64,000 nt of DNA from an uncultured Eubacteriales bacterium (GTDB lineage Bacteria; Acidobacteriota; Aminicenantia; Aminicenantales; Aminicenantaceae), in assembly GCA_964505785.1 (NCBI GenBank), contig CAZDJZ010000011.1:5568-69567 (forward strand). Reading direction: 5' to 3'. The notes beneath the pieces were generated by a model. The model searched no databases. It saw only the letters and a program-made list of their open reading frames with translations, and was not told the DNA's origin. Made by a program: the position numbers and the translations under genes. Within the stretch, counting starts at the first letter, position 1. Every line of letters starts with the position of its first letter. Positions 57,625 through 64,000 of the stretch are shown here, piece after piece.

Positions 57625-58584
57625 ATGACTGATATTTATAATTTAAATCAAATCAAGGAAGCCCTCAAGGATTTCGATCCTCTGCCGGAGATTGAAGCCG
57701 GATTCCAAGCCTATTCCCGCGGCGAAGCTGTGATTCCGCCGGTCGGTGAGATGCTGTTTGACAATCCCCCCGGAGAAATGCATATCAAGTACGGATATAT
57801 TAAGAACCAAGACTTCGCGGTTATTAAAATCGCCGGGGGCTTTTATGAAAATATAAAAGCAGGCCTTCCCTCAACAGACGGATTGATGCTTCTGTTCAGC
57901 CAGCGGAACGGTAAACTGGAGGCCGTCCTTTTGGATAAGGGCCACCTCACAAACATCCGGACGGCTGCAGCGGGGGCTGTGGCTGCAAAATATCTGGCCC
58001 CAAAAAACATAAAAGCAATCGGCGTCCTGGGAGCCGGTGTCCAAGGCCGGATGCAAGCTGAAGCTCTTAAATCCCTCACCGCCTGCCGGGATATATGGAT
58101 TTGGGGAGTGGATAAAGGAGAGACCGCCCTCTATAAGAGGGACATGGAAGCGGCGAGCTTTAATGTGCACACCACTCTTGATCCTGAAAAAGTCGCGGCT
58201 CATTCCAATTTGATTATAACTGCAACCCCGTCAAAAAAACCGCTGCTTGAATCCGAATGGATCAAACCGGGAACCCATATTACCGCCATGGGTTCGGATA
58301 CCCCGGAAAAACGAGAGCTTGATTCCGGAATTCTGACCTCGGCCGATATTGTGGCAGCCGACAGCATCAGTCAAAGCCGTTTCCGCGGTGAAATCTTTCA
58401 TGCGGTAAAGGCCGGTGCCCTTCAGGAAAATAAGGTTCGCGAATTGGGTCATGTCATAAGCGATCCTGCGCTGCAGCGTCAAAACGATGATCAAATTTCC
58501 ATCGCCGATCTCACAGGAGTGGCGGTCCAGGATATCAAAATCGCAGCAGCTGTTTACAGAAAGCTGAAGGCTTTATTATTTTGA
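57625..58584 (+). CDS. ornithine cyclodeaminase / mu-crystallin family protein
   Basis: 319 aa. Rossmann IGVLGAGVQG and family-typical IRTAAAGAVAAKYLA. RBS aaaggag. Confidence 0.88.
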   Translation: MTDIYNLNQIKEALKDFDPLPEIEAGFQAYSRGEAVIPPVGEMLFDNPPGEMHIKYGYIKNQDFAVIKIAGGFYENIKAGLPSTDGLMLLFSQRNGKLEAVLLDKGHLTNIRTAAAGAVAAKYLAPKNIKAIGVLGAGVQGRMQAEALKSLTACRDIWIWGVDKGETALYKRDMEAASFNVHTTLDPEKVAAHSNLIITATPSKKPLLESEWIKPGTHITAMGSDTPEKRELDSGILTSADIVAADSISQSRFRGEIFHAVKAGALQENKVRELGHVISDPALQRQNDDQISIADLTGVAVQDIKIAAAVYRKLKALLF

Positions 58585-58707
58585 CTGATTCGGTCTTTTG
58601 TATTATTATCGGCGGGTAACTGAAATGACAGGCGCATGGCTGCAGGTCATGACTCTTTTCCAATGCCATGTGGAAATATTTTTTAATAATTAAAAAATTG
58701 AAAAAAA

Positions 58708-60246
58708 ATGCCGGATAAAATAAAACTGACTCTCGTATCATGTTACGAAGAAGTGGCTGCCACAGGGCTGAGGTTTCTTTCCGCTTACTTAAAATCAAAA
58801 GGTCATCATATCAATCTGATTCTCATGCCTGACCAAGACAGTCCTGGGTGGGCGAAAGGCCAGTCGCACAGAAATCCCTACACAGAGAAAACGATCCGCA
58901 ATCTGGCCGAACATTGTCAGGATTCTGATTTGATCGGCTTTTCCTTAATGACCAAAACATTTTTAAAGTCGAAAAATTTAACTAGGCGTTTGAGAAAATA
59001 TCTGGATATCCCCATCATCTACGGCGGAATTCATGCGACAGTCCGTCCGGAAGAATGCATCAAATATGCAGACATCGTCTGTTTGGGAGAAGGAGAAGAA
59101 GCCCTGCTGGAATTGGCTGATAACTACAAATCCGGGGATTACGCGTCCATTCGCAATCTCTGGGTTAAGACCAGTGAGGGAATTCAAAAAAATCCGGTGC
59201 GCCCGCTGGAGAAAAATCTGGATAAATACCCGTATCAGGATTTTGATATCCGCACACATTATGTGCAGATGCAAGATGAAATCCTGCCGCTGAATGACGA
59301 CCTTCTTGAAAAAATCATGCCTGAAAATTCCGACCTGGGAGAGCCCAGGAGTATGTATCTTCTCAGTACGGCCCGCAATTGTCCTCATAACTGCACATAT
59401 TGCAACAATAATGCGGTCCGCGAAGTTTACCGGAACTCAGAAGGGCCGTTTGTCCGCAAACGAAGCGTGGACAACGTGATTGAAGAAATGGAAACAGTTT
59501 TTAACCGCTACCCCTTTTTCCAGATGGTCAATATTTTTGATGATACGTTTTTTATCCGCAGCCGGGAGGAAATTCAAAGATTCAGCCGCATGTACAAGGA
59601 AAAAATCGGACTGCCCATGCGCTGCAGTGTCTCACCCCATACATTGGACGAAGATAAGCTCAAATCTCTGGTGGACGCCGGATTATACCGGACCAGTGTC
59701 GGGATTCAAACCATGGATCCGGACACGCTGATCAATATATATAACCGGCCCACGCCCAAAAAAGTGATGGATAGAACCATTGCCATATTGAAAAAATATC
59801 AAAAGCAGATTCCCCGGCCTGTATACCACTTCATTATCGACAATTACAGGGAAAGCAGCAAATCACTCCAGACCAGCCTGGAGTTTATCCTCTCGCTCCC
59901 AGCCCGTTCACAGATTTTTCTTTATCCCATTAAATATTTTCCCGGCACTTATATGTACAAGCAGGCCAAAAAAGACGGCCAAATTACGGATGAAATCAAG
60001 CAGGTTTATTTAAAAACTTTTGAAATTGAGGATGTTCAGAATCTCAATTTTCTCACAACGCTGTTTTATTTTGCCGTATGGTCCAAATTCCATCCATTGG
60101 CCATGAAATTCACCACCCCGGTCATCCGGCTCTTAATGCAGGACCACTGGGTATCCATGCTGGATCGAAAAGTTCCGGTCCGGATCATGTATTTCCTTTT
60201 TAAGGCTTACAGCTCCTTCATCAAAACCATCGGCAGATTGGCCTGA
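58708..60246 (+). CDS. B12-binding-domain radical SAM protein
   Basis: N-terminal cobalamin-binding-like Rossmann domain, and the CPHNCTYCNN (CxxxCxxC) radical-SAM cluster motif. 512 aa. No Shine-Dalgarno is visible upstream. Confidence 0.85.
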   Translation: MPDKIKLTLVSCYEEVAATGLRFLSAYLKSKGHHINLILMPDQDSPGWAKGQSHRNPYTEKTIRNLAEHCQDSDLIGFSLMTKTFLKSKNLTRRLRKYLDIPIIYGGIHATVRPEECIKYADIVCLGEGEEALLELADNYKSGDYASIRNLWVKTSEGIQKNPVRPLEKNLDKYPYQDFDIRTHYVQMQDEILPLNDDLLEKIMPENSDLGEPRSMYLLSTARNCPHNCTYCNNNAVREVYRNSEGPFVRKRSVDNVIEEMETVFNRYPFFQMVNIFDDTFFIRSREEIQRFSRMYKEKIGLPMRCSVSPHTLDEDKLKSLVDAGLYRTSVGIQTMDPDTLINIYNRPTPKKVMDRTIAILKKYQKQIPRPVYHFIIDNYRESSKSLQTSLEFILSLPARSQIFLYPIKYFPGTYMYKQAKKDGQITDEIKQVYLKTFEIEDVQNLNFLTTLFYFAVWSKFHPLAMKFTTPVIRLLMQDHWVSMLDRKVPVRIMYFLFKAYSSFIKTIGRLA

Positions 60247-60275
60247 GAGCCTCAAACCGGCCTGTCAGGCTCTGT

Positions 60276-60397
60276 GTCATTCTGAGGGCTGCGCAAAAGC
60301 CTGAAGAATCCCAAATTGCTTCGTTTAGAAGAATCGGGTCTGTTTTATTCAGACGATGCAGTTTGGAATCCTTCGTCGCTCTGCTCCTCAGGATGAT
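60276..60397. repeat. family-B long-hairpin element
   Basis: gtcattctgaggg...gaagaatcccaaa ... tttggaatccttc...cctcaggatga. Confidence 0.75.
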
Positions 60398-60460
60398 ATA
60401 GGATTTCCGCTCAGGAAATAACATGGGATTGGAGGACAGAACGATCAAGGCCGAGCCGAT

Positions 60461-60530
60461 TGAATAGACCGAATAGACAGAACAGACTGAATAGACTTAG
60501 ACAAACCCAGACAGATCAAGATGGACCTAA
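60461..60530 (-). repeat. family-E phased array (NGAAYAGAC units, 9-nt spacing)
   Basis: tgaatagac cgaatagac agaacagac tgaatagac ttagac aaacccagac agatcaagatggac. It is followed at 60544-60559 by cgcgagcgaagcgagc. Confidence 0.85.
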
Positions 60531-60564
60531 AGAATACTTGGAACGCGAGCGAAGCGAGCAGAGC

Positions 60565-62730
60565 TTAAGGCCCTTTGATATACCCCAGCGCTTTCAGTTC
60601 TTCTTCCAGTTCAGGCGGAATCTCCGCTTGTTCCGCTTGGATATCCCGGCGCGATTCCATGTTCCGGTAGATCATAAGCTCTTGCAAAAGGGAATAATCA
60701 GCAAACGCATCCAATTTCACTGGATTCTGCTCTTGTTCATCCTCCAGGAGATACATCTCAAGCAAAGGAATATAGGGATGATGCGGCGGCCGCCTGAATT
60801 CCAGGTTATAGATCAGTTTCCGGTCCTGTCCCATGACAGCATTTATGCGGTTGCCGCCCCGGTAATTTTCAAAATAGACATTCCGCTGAGAATCAGACAG
60901 CGACAGCAGTGAATGCCCGTCCAAATCATACGTTACCGGGATGCCCGCGATATCCAGGACAGTAGGAAAAATATCCGAGAGCTGGACTCTATCCCGGTGT
61001 ATCCCTTTTTCCATCCGGGGCGCCTTAATCACAAGCGGAATATGGACCGATTCATTATAAACGTTTTCTCCGTGTTTAACGCCGCCGTGTTCAAAAAACT
61101 GTTCTCCATGGTCAGACGTAAAAATGATCGCCATGTCTTCATAAAACCCCAGTTCCTTAAGCTTATCCAGCAGCTGACTAAAGGCGGCATCGTTTTCATA
61201 GATTTCCTGGTCATACCGGGTTTTGACAAATTCAAGCTGGGAAGGAGAGAGAGAAATCCGGCCGAATCTGACATCTTCCATAAAATCAAACGGATAGGTA
61301 TCAATATATTGATGCTTTTCAACGTCAAATTTATCCTTGTTTTCATTGCGCGGCGTATAGGGGTCATGCGGGTCCATAGTCCAGATCAGCAGAAACAGCG
61401 GCGGATGGTCTTCCCGGCGATGATACTCGTCCAGGAAATCGAAAATACGGCGGTTCATTTCCTGTGCAGTGATATTCAAGGTGCCGGGATAAATTCCGCT
61501 AAGCTCCTCGTATTTATCAAATCCGCGGCTGAACCCGAAAATCCGGTTTAAATTGCCGTTTCCGTTAAACGCGGCGGTCATATATCCTTCTTTTTTTAAA
61601 ATTTCCGGAAAGGTAATAATTTCTTCAGAGAGTTTTCCAAATCTCCCGGTGGTTTTATGGTTTTTAGGATACAAGCCGGTCAGGATGGATGCGCCGCTGG
61701 GCCTGGTCCAAGGGCTGTTGGCATAAGCGGATGAATAGATAGCGTTTTCTTGTGCAAATTGATCCAGCACCGGGGAAGTCCTGTAGGAATATCCATAACA
61801 GCTCAGATGATCCGCCCGCAGCGTATCCACAACATAAACAAGGATATGCGGCCGTTTTTCCGGATGCGGCTTGATATCATCCGGGGGCGGTCTTTCACTA
61901 TTTGCACTTAAAACAATCTTGTTCCAGATCACAAAACTGTCTTCCCTTCCCTGGTTAATAAATTTAATGATAGTATCCCCGCGGTCCGGAAGAGATATTG
62001 TTTTATTCCACTGGGCTTTATCGGCATCCAGGACAAATGATTTGATTCGTTTATTATTCCGCCAAAACTCAATCATGGACTGTGTTCCGCGCATGTTTTG
62101 ATAAGCCGCTGTCATCCTGAATTTTTCCGGCAAATCAGCATAATAGCTGAAATCCGTACCTCCGGCATGAATAAGCCTTCCATCAGAATCAGACTGTAAT
62201 GCATAGCCCAAAGTGATTGCTTTGAAAACAGCGGCATATGCTTTTTCCTGATTGTCGGATTGGCTGAGATAAGCAAACTGGAAGTCAAGCATATTTTTCC
62301 CGGTCCTGAGCCGCTCTTTCGGCAAGGCAATGCGATAATGCTTCTCATGTTCAGATTCCAAAACAAAATTCTTTATGAAACTGCCGTTTAAATGCAAGGA
62401 TACATTTTGAACCTCTCCTTTGCCGGAAGGATTCGCCCGGGCATCAAGTTCCAAGATCACATCATTAGGCCGGGCCAAATAATTAAAGCTTGCCCGGGCC
62501 TTTAGACCGGCAGCCCATAAAAAATCCGGCTGAGTACGGTCCCATCCGGCAAACAGGTCCGGATGCACATATCCTTCCTTTTTTAAATTGATTTCTCCTG
62601 TGTTTTCCTGAATTCGGGCTTTAACTGCGGATAAGACATCCAGATGCTTATCGAAATCCTCTCCGGCCGGAGAACACCCCATAAATCCTGAGATAAATAG
62701 AGCAGGAAGAAAACAAATATACATTCGCAT
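60565..62730 (-). CDS. lipoprotein, sulfatase-like hydrolase/transferase (alkaline-phosphatase superfamily) with ~290-aa N-terminal extension
   Basis: Lipobox MRMYICFLPALFISGFMGC (ATG at 62730; the track start is 62760). VYVVDTLRADH metal site. SPWTRPSGASILTG aligns with the sulfatase CSPSRASLLTG box but has Thr in place of the Cys/Ser. Confidence 0.8.
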   Translation of the reverse strand: MRMYICFLPALFISGFMGCSPAGEDFDKHLDVLSAVKARIQENTGEINLKKEGYVHPDLFAGWDRTQPDFLWAAGLKARASFNYLARPNDVILELDARANPSGKGEVQNVSLHLNGSFIKNFVLESEHEKHYRIALPKERLRTGKNMLDFQFAYLSQSDNQEKAYAAVFKAITLGYALQSDSDGRLIHAGGTDFSYYADLPEKFRMTAAYQNMRGTQSMIEFWRNNKRIKSFVLDADKAQWNKTISLPDRGDTIIKFINQGREDSFVIWNKIVLSANSERPPPDDIKPHPEKRPHILVYVVDTLRADHLSCYGYSYRTSPVLDQFAQENAIYSSAYANSPWTRPSGASILTGLYPKNHKTTGRFGKLSEEIITFPEILKKEGYMTAAFNGNGNLNRIFGFSRGFDKYEELSGIYPGTLNITAQEMNRRIFDFLDEYHRREDHPPLFLLIWTMDPHDPYTPRNENKDKFDVEKHQYIDTYPFDFMEDVRFGRISLSPSQLEFVKTRYDQEIYENDAAFSQLLDKLKELGFYEDMAIIFTSDHGEQFFEHGGVKHGENVYNESVHIPLVIKAPRMEKGIHRDRVQLSDIFPTVLDIAGIPVTYDLDGHSLLSLSDSQRNVYFENYRGGNRINAVMGQDRKLIYNLEFRRPPHHPYIPLLEMYLLEDEQEQNPVKLDAFADYSLLQELMIYRNMESRRDIQAEQAEIPPELEEELKALGYIKGP

Positions 62731-62836
62731 TAAGATACCGGTCTTAGGATTGGTTGCCATTATTGTTCACTTTGCCACGCGGCCTGCGGCCGCTCGCCAA
62801 TGACGCGTGGGTCGCTCCTGAAAATAAACCGGCTTT

Positions 62837-64000
62837 TTAACGGATCAAGGCGTTAAACAACAGTTTAAACGTCCCATGGGTTTGGCTCCGCATCTGTGGA
62901 TGGAATCCGATGATGATAACTTCCCCATTCCCATATTCCGCCGCCAGCATACCGGGCCGATCGGTAATCTGTTCCTCCCCTATCAGCCATCCGCTGCGGA
63001 GAATATCTTTATCCTGATAGCGGACGACCGGAGTATACTTTTCATTGTCCCGGCCGGGAACAACTTCAAAAGTAGGGCTGGCCCAGAAAACCACCAGTCC
63101 CTCGGCCGGCATACCGTATGCCAACGGATGGGTATTATTAAAGTCGGCTTTCAGGGTAGAACCCGGGCAGAAAAACTCTTTTGAATCCATTCCCTCCACA
63201 ATGTTGTGCACATTTAATTCAAACGCATCTATTGCGAATTCGGAGGCATCCGCCAAAGCGACTAACACACCGCCCTTTTTCACAAAATCTCTGAGTGAAT
63301 CGATCCCTTCCTTGCCGAGTCCGCTCTGGTACTTCTCAGGATATGAGCCCAGATATCCCGCATATCTCCCGCTGAGTTCACCGGTTATCATCGCTTTTGA
63401 ATCACTGGGGATAATGATTACATCATATTTTTTATGGAGCTGACCTTGACGGATTTCTTCGTCCATTAAGGATACATAAGGGAAAGCAAAATTTTCAAGC
63501 AGCAAGCGGGTCCAGCCTTCATCCATATTGCCCCCCCAATACCGTTTATACATGCCTATACGCATTTGTTTTGCCTCATGGACGCCGTTGTCTACACCAC
63601 CGGTGTATGCCTTGAAATCAACGCCGGTCTTTTCCGCCACATCCCGGCAGACATCCGCACCGGCTCCGGATATTATAAAATCACCGGGATTTAAGCCCGG
63701 GGCATCATCCGCCCGGTATATGTTCGTACCGGGAGCCTGCTTTAAAAGAAGATTGATCGCTTTGAAACTGTCATTCAGCCGGCCGTCCAGCACAAAACGC
63801 TTCGCACCCGGATCCAGGGTTCCGGCCGGATTGATTTGTCGGGTCAGGACTTGAAAAGAGCTGTCCGGCACGGTTCCCACGGAATCAGCCTGAACCCCCA
63901 TGAATTCATTCATGGTATGCGTTGCAAGGTCATAGGGCCGCAGCGGGGTTCCATCATCACCCCTAGTCCATTCATTATCGGGATAAAAAGTCCGACCCAG
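62837..64000 (-). CDS. C-terminal ~385 aa of a larger protein (N-terminus beyond window end); tentatively the C-terminal region of an M14-peptidase-like protein
   Basis: The reading frame stays open upstream of the track Met (63913) to position 64000 (...LGRTFYPDNEWTRGDDGTPLRPYDLATHTMNEF...). The C-terminus GFHPQMRSQTHGTFKLLFNALIR resembles, from memory, tails of proteins annotated M14 family metallopeptidase. Confidence 0.5.
   Translation of the reverse strand: MGRTFYPDNEWTRGDDGTPLRPYDLATHTMNEFMGVQADSVGTVPDSSFQVLTRQINPAGTLDPGAKRFVLDGRLNDSFKAINLLLKQAPGTNIYRADDAPGLNPGDFIISGAGADVCRDVAEKTGVDFKAYTGGVDNGVHEAKQMRIGMYKRYWGGNMDEGWTRLLLENFAFPYVSLMDEEIRQGQLHKKYDVIIIPSDSKAMITGELSGRYAGYLGSYPEKYQSGLGKEGIDSLRDFVKKGGVLVALADASEFAIDAFELNVHNIVEGMDSKEFFCPGSTLKADFNNTHPLAYGMPAEGLVVFWASPTFEVVPGRDNEKYTPVVRYQDKDILRSGWLIGEEQITDRPGMLAAEYGNGEVIIIGFHPQMRSQTHGTFKLLFNALIR

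Noticed and set aside
60913-61551. 212-aa plus-strand ORF. Similar long antisense ORFs occur at 2199-2747, 9939-10469, 28637-29248, 36939-37472, 37586-38038, 48368-48952, 49079-49561, 49766-50119 and 50053-50460.
   Set aside because: All lie fully inside well-supported genes on the opposite strand (sulfatase-like, pyk, the sigma-54 regulator, AGCS, hflK/C, gap, pgk, tpiA). Their composition is not protein-like and they carry no motifs.

Overview
This is a 64-kb chromosomal segment with dense, mostly minus-strand housekeeping genes. I call about 56 protein-coding genes, 1 gene remnant and 3 tRNAs (Ser-GGA, Ser-CGA, Leu-GAG). I saw no rRNA, CRISPR array, transposase, integrase, reverse transcriptase or phage genes.

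Gene content:
- Central metabolism: pyruvate kinase, single-chain pyruvate:ferredoxin oxidoreductase, L-serine dehydratase, and gap-pgk-tpiA-secG-tRNA-Leu.
- Replication and repair: dnaX-ybaB-recR.
- Pyrimidine and purine salvage: pyrB/pyrI, and apt plus an NCS2 permease.
- Thiamine: a ThiS-ThiF fusion and thiE.
- Amino-acid metabolism: rocD, two paralogous class I/II aminotransferases, an ornithine cyclodeaminase-family protein, a glutamine-synthetase-like ligase, a D-cysteine desulfhydrase/ACC deaminase-family protein, aminopeptidase P and an alanine/glycine:cation symporter.
- Envelope and stress: a CPH-type copper P-type ATPase, hflKC, MscS, Usp, PfpI and peroxiredoxin.
- Signalling: a hybrid histidine kinase, a sigma-54 response regulator and a degenerate receiver.

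The gene content and synteny suggest an anaerobe of the Desulfobacterota/deltaproteobacterial type. That is inference only. GC looks mid-40s percent by eye and was not computed.

The unusual part is non-coding. Almost every intergenic spacer longer than about 100 bp is filled by a mosaic of short repeat families:
- A: a ~35-nt word, AACCTGGATTATTCAYGGGCCGAGATTGCCGCAGA, in at least 15 copies. Several are arranged as inverted pairs bounding 127-617-bp MITE-like units. One unit splits pyrB from pyrI and one sits in the peroxiredoxin leader.
- B: ~120-150-nt long-hairpin elements of the form GTCRTYCTGAGG...AAGGATCTTA...TAAGATCCT...CCTCAGGAYGAC.
- C/D: 7-8-nt microsatellite-like tracts.
- E: 9-10-bp phased GTCTA/TAGAC arrays.

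These modules abut tRNA genes, form some gene 3' ends and create false ORF extensions. I found no clear novel protein-based system. The best protein-level candidates for follow-up are the aminotransferase / GS-like / OCD / B12-radical-SAM / Thr-type sulfatase-like neighbourhood (54-63 kb), a secreted WD40 propeller coupled to a PLP enzyme, and a YXWGXW lipoprotein with a K/E-rich tail.

All product calls rest on motif recognition by eye. Several start codons are uncertain by tens of nucleotides.
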